From an uncultured Bacteroidales bacterium (GTDB lineage: Bacteria; Bacteroidota; Bacteroidia; Bacteroidales; VadinHA17), in the NCBI GenBank assembly GCA_963816345.1, contig CAWFKI010000004.1, positions 57,559-121,558 on the forward strand: a stretch of DNA of 64,000 nt. The letters are read 5' to 3'. Under the pieces are notes generated by a model. It was not told the DNA's origin, made no database searches, and saw only the letters and a program-made list of their open reading frames with translations. The position numbers and the translations under genes were made by a program. Shown here piece after piece: positions 7,687 to 17,965 of the stretch. Numbering within the stretch: position 1 is the stretch's first letter; each line of letters opens with the position of its first letter.

Positions 7687-10110
7687 CTATTCATATTTGA
7701 GTGATCTGGCCGGATTTGTATGTGCTATAATCATAGCGTTATAGCTTATCGTAATGGCTGAGATTACTAAAATAATAACTCCGGCCAGTATGAAAAGCCA
7801 CCAGCTGAATCCAACTCTGAAGGGATATTTTTCCAGCCAGTTAACCGAAAAGAGATATGCGACAGGCGCTGCGATGGCAATTCCTGTCAGTACAAGTTTG
7901 AAAAAATCTGTGCAAATGAGCAATAATATTTCAGATACAGATGCCCCGTTCACTTTCCGTATCCCGATCTCCTTTGTCCGTTGTACAATAATAAACCAGG
8001 AAAGGCCAAACAGGCCAAGACAGGCGATTATCACAGCCAGTATTGAGAACAATTCAAATATGGTCCTGAATTGTTTCTCTGCACGATATTGGTTATCGTA
8101 CTGGTCCGAGAGGAAAAAATAATCAAAGGGATTCCCCGGAAAGAACCGGTCCCAGTTGATTTTTATTGTCTCAATTGTGGCCCTGCTCATTTTATAGCTG
8201 TCGGAACCGGATTCCCCCGCAAAATTTAACTTAACTGAAAAATAGTTGCGTGTTCCCGGCGTAAACCTGAATATAAGGGCATCGTACTTTTCCTTCAGGG
8301 ATTCCTGGTGAAAATTCTTTAATATCCCGATTATTTTATAATTGCTGCCCCAGAAGAAGATCATCTCTCCAATGGCGCTTTCGGGGGTCTTGAAATCCAT
8401 TAGCTTAACTGCCTCCTCATTAAACAACACGCACCCATCATTCGTGCCATACTCCTTTGAGAAATTTCTTCCGGTTACCAGGGCTAAATTATACGCGCTG
8501 ACAAAATCATAATCGACACCAATTACCCTGTACTGATTCGATTTTGTATCGTCATCGCTTACCCGTCTTATACCTCCTGCATTCCATTGCACCTTGGTTC
8601 CCGGAATGGAGGTGGAAGCAGTAACAGCTTTTATAGCCGGATATTTTAACAGCTCAGCCTTAAATGCGGTGAGTTTTTCGTCATAGGTAGAATCTGCCAC
8701 TCCGGGTCCCTTTATAACAAGCGTCTGATTTATATTTATACCCAGATCCTGATTTCGCATGTAAATAAGCTGCCTGTATACTGTAAAAGTAACAGCTATC
8801 AATGCAACAGATGCAGCGAACTGGAATACAACGAGGATCTTCCTTATGGATACACCTCCCGGGGCTCCGTTAAGTTTTCCCCTGAATATGGCCATCGGCC
8901 TGAATGAAGAAATTACAAGCGCGGGGTAGATTCCTGATACTATGGGTCCTGCAACTATCATTGCGGCAAAAAGAATCCAGATCTCCGGACTGTTCAGATT
9001 CATTTGCCTCCCGGTGAGCACTCTGAAAAATGGCATGGAAACAATTACAATGATCAGAGCAAATAATGATGCTATCAGGTTGATAGTGAAAGATTCCGTT
9101 AAAAACTGTCTTATCAGCTGGATCCTGAAAGCTCCTGAAATTTTGCGTATTGCAACTTCCCTGGAACGGAAAATCGCTTTAACTGTCGACAGGTTGATAT
9201 AGTTCACCCAGGCAATTATGAGTATAATAAATGCGATTATCATTAAGAAATAGACTGTCCTGGCGTCGCCGTTCACCTCCGACTCAAACATCAGGTTTGA
9301 ATTGAGATGGATGCTTTTGAGCGGCTGTAAGATGTATACCGCCCATTGATTGTACTGACGGGAAACTGACCCGGTCTCTTTGTCTGTAAATTCATTCATC
9401 TTTTTTTCGAAAGCCTTGATATCGGTTCCTTTCTGTAACAGGATGTATGTATAATAACCATCCCAGTTCCATGCAGTTTCCATTTCAGGGCCGCTCCATT
9501 TGATGTATGTAGGCCAGGATAAAAGAATATTGAATTTAAAATGTGTATTTTCAGGAACATCCTTAAAGACCCCGGTTATTTTAAAAACAACATTTTTATT
9601 AAACCTGAAAGTCTTACCGGTCACATCCTTTCCTCCGTAATATTTTTTCGCGATCGATTCAGAAATTACAGCTGTGTATGGCTCATTAAGGGCTGTCGAG
9701 TCAACCCCTTCAAGCATCCTTACGGGAAACATTGCAAGAAAGGCGCTGTTCGCTGCATACATCCTGTCTTCCCTGAAATTGCTTTCATTAATATTAATAA
9801 TACCGCTGACATTTGTCAGCCTCCCGAAGGCAAGCACCTCGGGAAACTGATTTTTCAATGCAGGGCCTATAGCAGCACATCCCGCCGCCCATGTGGTGCT
9901 GAGCTTTCCCTTGTCATAACGGTCCTGCCTGACACGGTAGATCTGATCCGCATTTCTGTAAAAATTATCATAGCTCAGTTCATAAAATGAGTACCTGAGA
10001 ATAAGTACAAAGGCTGCAATGCCCATTGAAAGCCCAAAAATATGGATCAGGGAAAAGATCTTGTTCTTCAAAATCTCCCTGAAGGCGGTGGTTAAATAGT
10101 TTTTAAGCAT
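7687..10110 (-). CDS. ABC transporter permease (duplicated MacB/FtsX domains)
   Basis: MLKNYL, ELSYD, INLST...REVAIRK, QRTKEIGIRKVNGA, NPARSLKYE. Confidence 0.93.
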   Translation of the reverse strand: MLKNYLTTAFREILKNKIFSLIHIFGLSMGIAAFVLILRYSFYELSYDNFYRNADQIYRVRQDRYDKGKLSTTWAAGCAAIGPALKNQFPEVLAFGRLTNVSGIININESNFREDRMYAANSAFLAMFPVRMLEGVDSTALNEPYTAVISESIAKKYYGGKDVTGKTFRFNKNVVFKITGVFKDVPENTHFKFNILLSWPTYIKWSGPEMETAWNWDGYYTYILLQKGTDIKAFEKKMNEFTDKETGSVSRQYNQWAVYILQPLKSIHLNSNLMFESEVNGDARTVYFLMIIAFIILIIAWVNYINLSTVKAIFRSREVAIRKISGAFRIQLIRQFLTESFTINLIASLFALIIVIVSMPFFRVLTGRQMNLNSPEIWILFAAMIVAGPIVSGIYPALVISSFRPMAIFRGKLNGAPGGVSIRKILVVFQFAASVALIAVTFTVYRQLIYMRNQDLGININQTLVIKGPGVADSTYDEKLTAFKAELLKYPAIKAVTASTSIPGTKVQWNAGGIRRVSDDDTKSNQYRVIGVDYDFVSAYNLALVTGRNFSKEYGTNDGCVLFNEEAVKLMDFKTPESAIGEMIFFWGSNYKIIGILKNFHQESLKEKYDALIFRFTPGTRNYFSVKLNFAGESGSDSYKMSRATIETIKINWDRFFPGNPFDYFFLSDQYDNQYRAEKQFRTIFELFSILAVIIACLGLFGLSWFIIVQRTKEIGIRKVNGASVSEILLLICTDFFKLVLTGIAIAAPVAYLFSVNWLEKYPFRVGFSWWLFILAGVIILVISAITISYNAMIIAHTNPARSLKYE

Positions 10111-10260
10111 GTGTGAATTTAATCCCTGATAAGGTCTGTAAATAGCGCTTCAATTATATATGTCTGACGTAAAAAAATCTTCTGCATTTCAGCATGAGCT
10201 CAATTTAAATACTTTAAAACAGGCGTAAAGTTACATTCCTCCCTGATTTTGTATGTAAAT

Positions 10261-11124
10261 TTAATTGAAGCGGCCGAAACCCTCTATCTTCCGGTAAGGT
10301 GTCCTGAAAAAATCATTCACAACCTGGTTGAAAAGATCCTTGTGAGTGACGGGTGTTGAATGTCCTGAATCCGGTATTATCCAAAGATAGGATCTGGGAA
10401 TGGAACCGGCGATCAGTAATGTATGCTCCGGAAGCAATACATCATGATCACCGCCGATTATCAGGCTTGGACATACGATCTTCTTCAGCTCGCTGACTGC
10501 GATATGCGGCTCATAGGAGAGCAGATGTGAGAGTTTTCGCTGATGTCTGACCGCCTGCGTCTGAGGCATTTTGTCAAGGGTGTCGTTATAGGCCATTACC
10601 ATATGATAAATGTAAGGATCAACTGCAGTAGTGTCCGGCCACAGGTTGGCCCCTGTCACTGCGAGCTTCCTTACCTTGTCGGGATGACGCATTGAAAGCA
10701 GTAATCCATTTATGCCCCCGTCGCTCCATCCTATGACATAGCATGAATCGATACGGAGAGTATCCAGCAGAGCGTTGAGGTCGTCGGCCATCATTTCATA
10801 GCTCAGTGAATCGCCCTGATCAGCTGATTTTCCCTGTGCCCTGCTATCGGCAAGGATTACCTTATATGATTTTGAAAAATATGGGATCTGGTAAAGAAAG
10901 TTATTTATCGACCCGCCATTCCCGTGTATGATAAGCAGGGGATCTCCCTTTCCGTAAGTTTCATAATACATTTTAAAGCCACGTGTTTCCACATACTTCC
11001 CCACCTTTTCATTTCTTCCGTAAATTGTCGTATCAAAAGGTGATATCCCGGATGATTGAGCCGAAGCTGACAGATACGTTGCTGAGGCAATCAGTAACAT
11101 GAATATTGACTTGACGTTTTTCAT
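10261..11124 (-). CDS. secreted alpha/beta hydrolase
   Basis: Signal peptide, HGNGG, DSRAQG, nucleophile elbow GWSDGG, GDHD, SGH. Confidence 0.9.
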   Translation of the reverse strand: MKNVKSIFMLLIASATYLSASAQSSGISPFDTTIYGRNEKVGKYVETRGFKMYYETYGKGDPLLIIHGNGGSINNFLYQIPYFSKSYKVILADSRAQGKSADQGDSLSYEMMADDLNALLDTLRIDSCYVIGWSDGGINGLLLSMRHPDKVRKLAVTGANLWPDTTAVDPYIYHMVMAYNDTLDKMPQTQAVRHQRKLSHLLSYEPHIAVSELKKIVCPSLIIGGDHDVLLPEHTLLIAGSIPRSYLWIIPDSGHSTPVTHKDLFNQVVNDFFRTPYRKIEGFGRFN

Positions 11125-11187
11125 AACGCTCCTAATTTAAGAATTAATGGAAGTTCAAATTTGCTATGAGGATGTGGTATATTTACA

Positions 11188-13113
11188 CTAAATGTCCGCG
11201 GCCAGGCCTGAATTCCACCTTACCCGGTCAAAAAGATCCCAGTATACCGAATAACTCCTGTCATAGATTAAATAAAATGGTTTCAGCATTACATCGGCTG
11301 GCATGCCGGTGTTCACTGTCACGAAGGTATTCGGGTTACCTGCAACAGGTTTTATCCAGGCAGAGGGATCCCTCTTCTCCGTCTTCATTACTGGAACACG
11401 GAGCGTATCCACCGAGGCTGAATCCTTAAGAGGACCAAGGTCTCCGGCCAGTACAAGCGGGCCGTACATGACCGCCACCCTGTTGCTATCATCAGGCATC
11501 GATTCAAGCCTCAGATTAAATGGAATATTCACATCCACCTTATCACCCGTTTTCCAGGTTCTCTCAATTGCCACAAAGCTGCCCGGATGTTGATTTACTT
11601 TCTTCATTCTTCCGTTAACCCTGATCTCAATGCCTTTGGCCGCCCATGAAGGATAGCGTATCTGAAGAGCAATCCTGACCGGCTTTTCGCATCTGAATTC
11701 AAAGCTGCTGCCCTGTTCTTCAGGATATAATGTTTTCTGAGTGAGCGTTATCCCCTTCTCCCTCCATGAAAGCACTGAAGCTATATATTGAAATACATAT
11801 AATTCACTGTTGTTGTGATAAAATATGTTTCTGCCGTATTTTGAATGGTTTTCCATTCCGGTTCCAATGCAGCAGGTGAAATCATTGGGATCCTGAAAGG
11901 CTTTGAATCCTCCCATGGCAAGCGACAGATTGTAAGTGACATGCCCGTTTACCGGGTTCTGGGAAGAAAGGATATGGTTAAAAAGAGCCCGTTCGTAAAA
12001 GTCTGCAGCCTGAGCAGATGCATCCCATTCAAAAATGTGTTCGGTAAGCTTAAGCATGTTATAAACATTGCACGATTCGGTGGTACCTTCTCCAAGGCGA
12101 TCCCTGAGCCTGTCTGCGCGACCAAAATATTCTTCGTTGCCGTTACCACCGGTAACATATGAATGATGCATTACAACAGTCTTCCAGAAAAATTCAGCTG
12201 CTTTCCTGTCAGATGAATCACCCGTCAGCTCATAAAGTCGTGATAAAGCTATCAGTTTGGGAATGTTTGTGTTGCAGTGCTTACCTGCGAGAACATCTTT
12301 CATCATTTTGAGCGAATCGAGGATTGATCTCTGATAAAACAGTTGTGAGGTCCGAAGGTACTTTTCATCACTTGTGTCGTCAAAAAGATCAGCAAAGGTT
12401 TCACTTATTCCTCCATGTTCACACTGCAGCATTTTCTGCATCTGTTCACCGCTTAGGGGTGTAACCACACCTGCAATCCAGTCGGCAAAACGTTTTTCAA
12501 CATCAAGTGCTCCGGCATTATTACAATAATGATATGCATCTCTCAAACCTGCCAATATCTTGTGCTGGGTATAGAATGGCGACCAAATACCGTTGAGGTC
12601 AAAACCTTTTGCACGGATATTTCCTTTTCCAACCTCATCCCCCAGTATCCTTTTCCCCCTGGGAAATGCGCCGATATAACCATTCCCATCAGTCTCCTGA
12701 AGGAATTTAAGCTCATTCACAATATAGTTTACCCTTTCAAGAAAGCGTTTATCGCCCGTTGTCGCGTACATCATTGAGCAGGCGCTGAGATAATGACCAA
12801 GACTGTGGCCTGCAAGCGATTCGCTCTCCCAACCCTTATACCGGGCAGCTTTTGGACGGAGGCCCGCTTCGGTATAAAACCCTGAGAGAAGCCTGTCGGG
12901 TTCATAACTGAGAAGAGTGCTGATGTCAAGCTCCGTTGCATGAAGAAATGGTCCGTTGAGCAACTTTACCTCAGTGAGGGTGAAAGGCAGCGCCCGGAAC
13001 CCGATTACCTCCTGCCCGGCGGTTCTGACAGAGTTCTTCTCATGTGAAGAGCAACCCGGAAAAAAAATTACCGGCACCAATGACAGGATTAACAAACTGA
13101 TATAATTTTTCAC
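11188..13113 (-). CDS. glycoside hydrolase GH127/GH146-type beta-L-arabinofuranosidase, lipoprotein
   Basis: GTG start, lipobox-like FPGC, GHSLGHYLSA, HCNTNIP, TESCNVYNMLK, TCCIGTGMENH, YGPLVLA. Confidence 0.88.
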   Translation of the reverse strand: MKNYISLLILSLVPVIFFPGCSSHEKNSVRTAGQEVIGFRALPFTLTEVKLLNGPFLHATELDISTLLSYEPDRLLSGFYTEAGLRPKAARYKGWESESLAGHSLGHYLSACSMMYATTGDKRFLERVNYIVNELKFLQETDGNGYIGAFPRGKRILGDEVGKGNIRAKGFDLNGIWSPFYTQHKILAGLRDAYHYCNNAGALDVEKRFADWIAGVVTPLSGEQMQKMLQCEHGGISETFADLFDDTSDEKYLRTSQLFYQRSILDSLKMMKDVLAGKHCNTNIPKLIALSRLYELTGDSSDRKAAEFFWKTVVMHHSYVTGGNGNEEYFGRADRLRDRLGEGTTESCNVYNMLKLTEHIFEWDASAQAADFYERALFNHILSSQNPVNGHVTYNLSLAMGGFKAFQDPNDFTCCIGTGMENHSKYGRNIFYHNNSELYVFQYIASVLSWREKGITLTQKTLYPEEQGSSFEFRCEKPVRIALQIRYPSWAAKGIEIRVNGRMKKVNQHPGSFVAIERTWKTGDKVDVNIPFNLRLESMPDDSNRVAVMYGPLVLAGDLGPLKDSASVDTLRVPVMKTEKRDPSAWIKPVAGNPNTFVTVNTGMPADVMLKPFYLIYDRSYSVYWDLFDRVRWNSGLAADI

Positions 13114-13145
13114 TGCTTATAATTTTGAATGAAACCTCTGAATCC

Positions 13146-13169
13146 GGCCACGCCATGGCGTGGTCCTAC
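13146..13169 (-). repeat. single GTAG-type REP palindrome
   Basis: Minus strand reads GTAG-GACCACGCCATGGCGTGGCC with perfect core CCACGCCATGGCGTGG; intergenic between pirin and GH127. Confidence 0.7.
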
Positions 13170-13182
13170 TGTGCCTTGTGCC

Positions 13183-13902
13183 TTATCTGACTAACATCGG
13201 CACTTCCATCAGAAGGAATTCAACTTCTGAATCAGCCCTTATGGTCAGCGATCCGGTATCCCAGATCCCCAGTCCATCACGTGGCCCCAGGCTCTTGTCA
13301 TCAATCGTCAGCTCCCCGCTTAATACAAATGCATAAACACCGTTGCCTTTCTCATGTAAATTGTACACCGTGGTCAGACCTTTATCGAACTTCCCCATCT
13401 GGAACCATGCCTTCTGGTAAATCCAGACTCCCTCATCATCAGGATCCGGAGAAAGGATCTGCTGAAGCTTATTATGACGGTCATCGGGATTCAGGGTAAT
13501 CTGTCCATAGCGGGGTGTTACGTTCTTTCTGTCAGGTATGATCCAGATCTGAAGAAACTTAACACGGCTGTCTTTATTCTTATTGAATTCGCTGTGATAT
13601 ATCCCGGTACCGGCACTCATCACCTGTATATCCCCATGCCTTATAACCGACACATTCCCCATACTGTCCTTATGTTCCAGGTCACCTTCAAGAGGAATGG
13701 AAATGATCTCCATATTATCGTGAGGATGGGTTTCAAATCCTCTCCCGGCCTCAACTGCATCATCATTCAGTACCCGCAGGGCGCCAAAATGCACCCGGTC
13801 AGGATTATAATAGTCTGCAAAACTGAAAGAGTGCCTGCTCTTAAGCCAGCCATGATCTGCAATTCCACGGCTGTCTGCTTTATGTAAGACTGTCTTTGCC
13901 AT
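13183..13902 (-). CDS. pirin family protein (YhhW-like)
   Basis: RG.ADHGWL.SRHSFSFADYY, HPHDNMEI, MSAGTGIYHSE, LQIW. Confidence 0.93.
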   Translation of the reverse strand: MAKTVLHKADSRGIADHGWLKSRHSFSFADYYNPDRVHFGALRVLNDDAVEAGRGFETHPHDNMEIISIPLEGDLEHKDSMGNVSVIRHGDIQVMSAGTGIYHSEFNKNKDSRVKFLQIWIIPDRKNVTPRYGQITLNPDDRHNKLQQILSPDPDDEGVWIYQKAWFQMGKFDKGLTTVYNLHEKGNGVYAFVLSGELTIDDKSLGPRDGLGIWDTGSLTIRADSEVEFLLMEVPMLVR

Positions 13903-13925
13903 CTCTATTATTTAAGTTTGTGCTA

Positions 13926-14879
13926 TTACTTTATTGCTTCCTCTGACAAAAGCTTATCAAAATACTCAATTGTCTGAACAAGACCTTCACGCAGCTCGAC
14001 AACGGGCTCCCAACCGCCCAGTTTCTCCCTGGCAAGTGAAATATCAGGCAATCGCTGGACAGGATCATCAGCAGGTAAAGGCAAATAGACAATCCTGGAT
14101 TTTGAACCGGTAAGCTCTATCACATTCCGGGCGAGAGAGAGAATAGTAAATTCACCCGGTTTCCCGAGATTCACCGGTCCGGTAAATTCTTCAGCAGTAT
14201 CCATCATGCGGATCATTCCCTCAACAAGATCAGAAACATATTGAAAGCTGCGTGTCTGGGTTCCTTTGCCAAAAATAGTAATGTCCTTATTCTGCAGAGC
14301 CTGTACTATGAAATTGGAGACCACCCTGCCATCATCGGGTTCCATTTTTGGTCCGTAAGTGTTAAATATCCTGACAATCTTTATCCTGACGCTGTTCTGC
14401 CTGTGATAATTTACGAAAAGCGATTCAGCACAGCGCTTGCCTTCATCATAACAGGAACGGACACCGATGGGATTAACATGACCCCAGTAATCTTCTGTCT
14501 GAGGATGAATGATTGGATCACCATAGACCTCGCTGGTGGATGCCTGCAGGATCTTTGCCCTGATCCGCTTTGCAAGTCCCAGCATATTTATGGCACCCAT
14601 CACTGACGTCTTTATCGTTTTTATCGGATTATACTGATAATGAACCGGCGACGCAGGACATGCAAGATTGTAAATTTCGTCAACCTCTATGAAAAACGGA
14701 TTTGTAACATCATGCCTGATCAGCTCAAAGTACGGGCTGCTGAGCAGATGGACTATTTTTCCTTTCTTACCGGTAAAATAATTATCCATGCAAATAACCT
14801 CATTGCCATCATTCAGAAGCCGTTCACACAGGTGCGATCCTACAAAGCCAGCCCCTCCGGTAATCAGTATTCTCTTCAT
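13926..14879 (-). CDS. UDP-glucuronate decarboxylase (UDP-xylose synthase, extended SDR)
   Basis: [42 protein letters not shown]. Confidence 0.93.
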   Translation of the reverse strand: MKRILITGGAGFVGSHLCERLLNDGNEVICMDNYFTGKKGKIVHLLSSPYFELIRHDVTNPFFIEVDEIYNLACPASPVHYQYNPIKTIKTSVMGAINMLGLAKRIRAKILQASTSEVYGDPIIHPQTEDYWGHVNPIGVRSCYDEGKRCAESLFVNYHRQNSVRIKIVRIFNTYGPKMEPDDGRVVSNFIVQALQNKDITIFGKGTQTRSFQYVSDLVEGMIRMMDTAEEFTGPVNLGKPGEFTILSLARNVIELTGSKSRIVYLPLPADDPVQRLPDISLAREKLGGWEPVVELREGLVQTIEYFDKLLSEEAIK

Positions 14880-15124
14880 ATCAACTTAATTAATATTCTT
14901 TTACAGCCTTAAATGTAAGAATTATTGATTAGCTGATTCAGAAAAAATCAGGAAAAAGATATCTGTCAACGGTTTATGAGATATAATTCAGAGGATCTAT
15001 TTTAGTCATCGGGACCGGGATAAAAAAATCCCTCTGCAAACGATCAGGATGATCATTGTTTGCTGAACCCGCATTGACTTGATTTAAGCGTTACCAATTT
15101 AGAATATGAGAATAAGGTAAGCCA

Positions 15125-15739
15125 TTATAAGCCGCTTATAAGCCTGGCTTTTATCGATTCATATTCGGAATCTGTAATTAGCTTATTATCAAGCATCTGT
15201 TTTGCCTGCTGAAGCTTTACCGTGGTATCGTCCTGGCCTGCTCCCGACTGCTGACTGCCCAGGTTGCTGCCGAGAGTCACTCCTCCCGATTTTGCCCTCA
15301 GCTCCTCAAGCTCCCTCACACGTCTTTTTTCACGCCATGCCTGATCCTGAGACTGGGCAAGGCGGTAGACCTGTTCAGCCTGATCTTTTCTGAACCCGGT
15401 CAAAATCAGATCACTGTTCGCACCTTCGGATATCGCCATATCGGCAGAACCAAATATTTTCATAATAATATTGGCGCCAAAGATCCCGACTTTGATTTTA
15501 GTCTCGCCCAGATCCTGCCACCTGAAATCTGCCATATTGAATCCGCCCAGAAGTCCCCTCTGAATTTTAATAAATCTTCCTGAAGTAGCACCAATAATAA
15601 TCCGCCTGTGTGTAAGGGCAAATAGTCTCCTCTGAATTGCCCATGCATCAAGGGTCTCTCCTTTTACCAGAACAGAATTTAACTGATCAAGGGCGCTTGA
15701 TATGCCCCTGTCTTCTGTTGTTTCATTATTCCCGGCCAT
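15125..15739 (-). CDS. bacterial PH-like domain protein with C-terminal SHOCT
   Basis: Beta-rich N-terminus, then a charged helix, then KLQQAKQMLDNKLITDSEYESIKARLI (SHOCT pattern). Confidence 0.7.
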   Translation of the reverse strand: MAGNNETTEDRGISSALDQLNSVLVKGETLDAWAIQRRLFALTHRRIIIGATSGRFIKIQRGLLGGFNMADFRWQDLGETKIKVGIFGANIIMKIFGSADMAISEGANSDLILTGFRKDQAEQVYRLAQSQDQAWREKRRVRELEELRAKSGGVTLGSNLGSQQSGAGQDDTTVKLQQAKQMLDNKLITDSEYESIKARLISGL

Positions 15740-15771
15740 AATAGTAAATTAATGATCTGAGATAAAATGTC

Positions 15772-16098
15772 TTAATTAACCCCTCTGCTGACGTACTTTG
15801 AAACCAGCCCGAGCTCGGCAGCCGACAGATTTGTCCTGGGTCCCATATTGTTGAGAATACTCTTCCACTGAGCCGGAGTATAACCATCAGGAGGGTAAAG
15901 AGAATGGCAGCTGTTACAATTATCAATATACAACGCACGTCCCTGCTGTAATTGCTGCAATGTGGCATTTGCGGTAACATCTGCACCCGTTGGGATATAT
16001 AATGAGCTGGTATCGCTGCTTACCTTCGAACAGCTCATTGCGAAAAATAAAACAGTCGCAGATACTGCCTGCAATAAATAGATTTTTCTGATTTTCAT
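15772..16098 (-). CDS. small monoheme c-type cytochrome lipoprotein
   Basis: Lipobox AMSC, GRALY..NCNSCH heme motif, distal Met in W...LNNM. Confidence 0.8.
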   Translation of the reverse strand: MKIRKIYLLQAVSATVLFFAMSCSKVSSDTSSLYIPTGADVTANATLQQLQQGRALYIDNCNSCHSLYPPDGYTPAQWKSILNNMGPRTNLSAAELGLVSKYVSRGVN

Positions 16099-16433
16099 TA
16101 ATGAGAAAGATAAATTTTCACTTCTAATTAATTCTATATAAGAACAAAACTTCTATGAATTTGTTTTTCACAGGCAAAAATAATTACCTGACACTGCAGA
16201 ACAGTGAGATCTGCATCTCTCAGAAAATGATAATGAAATTTAGTCTATTTCCTGTCGAACAGGGTTGAATTTATTGTATGTTTAGCCTGTTCAGCATATT
16301 CCACTGACTTCCCGGTCAATCCAATACACTAACCCGGACATAAGTCCGGAACATTTGAAATATAAACGACAACCGCCTGCATGATAAGCCTGAAAATGGC
16401 TGGAAAACCCGGATTGAGAGATCTCCGACCCGC

Positions 16434-16464
16434 AATCCGGAAAATTGATCACCGGATTTTTTTT
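16434..16464 (+). terminator. possible intrinsic terminator
   Basis: AATCCGG-N11-CCGGATT stem followed by a T-run. Confidence 0.45.
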
Positions 16465-16612
16465 ATCTTTATAGCATGATGCAGAAGAACATGATCAGAA
16501 AATTCCTTTTTATTTGCCTGGCCCTTACGGCTTTCTTATCCTTCCCCCGGGGTATTGTTACAGGCCTTCTTCCTGCTTATGGAAGCTGCATATATAGATT
16601 TTAAGAAGTAAA

Positions 16613-17965
16613 ATGAAATACTCAAGACGTTCATTCTTAAGGACTGCAGGTATGGGAAGTTTAGCACTTTCTTCAATACCTCACCTTGATCTCCCTTCTG
16701 AGGCAAAGCTGCAGATAAAGGTATTAAATCCTTATAACCGCTCTCCCGTGAGCCTGATAATTGATGATTCGACCTGTCTGGTCAATATGGCATATTATGG
16801 GATACCGCAGTTTGCAGAGGTTTTCCCGGATCAGTACAAACAGGATTGGCGCAGGCTGCCCAGGGAAATACCGGACAGCTTCATAAGGGAGTTCGGCGAA
16901 TGGGCCCTGGATAACGGTGTAAAAGGAAAATTCAGCATTGTTCCCTATCCGGCATGTACCGGCTGGGTTGACCGCTTTATCCCCGGATGGACCAAACGTG
17001 AATTGCAGGAATGCCTCGATCTGATACGTAAAGTAATCATGCCCTCCTGGGATATACACCCTGAAATGGTCAGCCATACCCGTGTCATAGATATTAAAAC
17101 CGGAAAACCTTACCCCTATCCCACCCCGGATTACATGGAAAACTGGGAATGGAGCCAGAACAAAAGTGCTGATGAGCTGGCAGCTTACCAGGCATATGCA
17201 CTCAGGATTCTTAAAGATGCCGGACTGTATTGTGAAGGAATTACCACCCCGGGAGGCTATGGGAGCAAAAACCAGGGTAACCTGGCAATCGGTACATCAG
17301 AGGCAGTAAGGGATGTATTCGGGGCAGAGATTCCCCATTTCTTCCGTGACCTGTTTACTGAAAAAGATAAAAGTGTTGCGCCCCTGGTGCTTAATCCGTC
17401 AGGCCTGGATTCCCCGGACCCGAAGTGTGTCGTCTCAATTATCGGATGTACCGGGGATTGGTTTGGTGACTGGGATGGCCTGAACAGGGGAAGCGCCGAT
17501 AAATTCATTACCGAAGATCTTCAGTCAGGACGAATGGTTGAGGTAATTGACAGCGGGGAGCCGGCTATAATGGTATGTCACTGGCCGGGAATTTACTTCA
17601 ACGGTGAACATGTTGGCTTCAATATCCTTAAGGAGGTCCGGAAAAGGCTTGTTCAGAAATACGATGATCTGCACTGGATGAAGCTGAGCCAGATAGCAAG
17701 ATACTGGGCCGCTAAGGAACTGACATCCTTTCATGTGGATGGCGGTAAAATTTCATTTAAAGCACCATTTTCCACTCCGGGCTTTACATTAAAGCTCAGT
17801 TCCGCGATCAGAAATCCCCGTATAAGGTCCGGCAGTGACGAACCCAGAAGCCTTGTCCGGGTAAAAGATAATAAGCAGCTCAAAGCTGATACCTGGTATG
17901 CTGACCAATCAGGGACAATAATCTGCTTTGACCTTGAAAAAGGATCCGGTGAACTTATGGTATGA
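16613..17965 (+). CDS. Tat-exported protein, possibly NodB/CE4-like deacetylase fold
   Basis: SRRSFLR twin-arginine motif; SLIIDD, H..SHT and TTPGG resemble CE4-like motifs. The fold call is inference. Confidence 0.6.
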   Translation: MKYSRRSFLRTAGMGSLALSSIPHLDLPSEAKLQIKVLNPYNRSPVSLIIDDSTCLVNMAYYGIPQFAEVFPDQYKQDWRRLPREIPDSFIREFGEWALDNGVKGKFSIVPYPACTGWVDRFIPGWTKRELQECLDLIRKVIMPSWDIHPEMVSHTRVIDIKTGKPYPYPTPDYMENWEWSQNKSADELAAYQAYALRILKDAGLYCEGITTPGGYGSKNQGNLAIGTSEAVRDVFGAEIPHFFRDLFTEKDKSVAPLVLNPSGLDSPDPKCVVSIIGCTGDWFGDWDGLNRGSADKFITEDLQSGRMVEVIDSGEPAIMVCHWPGIYFNGEHVGFNILKEVRKRLVQKYDDLHWMKLSQIARYWAAKELTSFHVDGGKISFKAPFSTPGFTLKLSSAIRNPRIRSGSDEPRSLVRVKDNKQLKADTWYADQSGTIICFDLEKGSGELMV

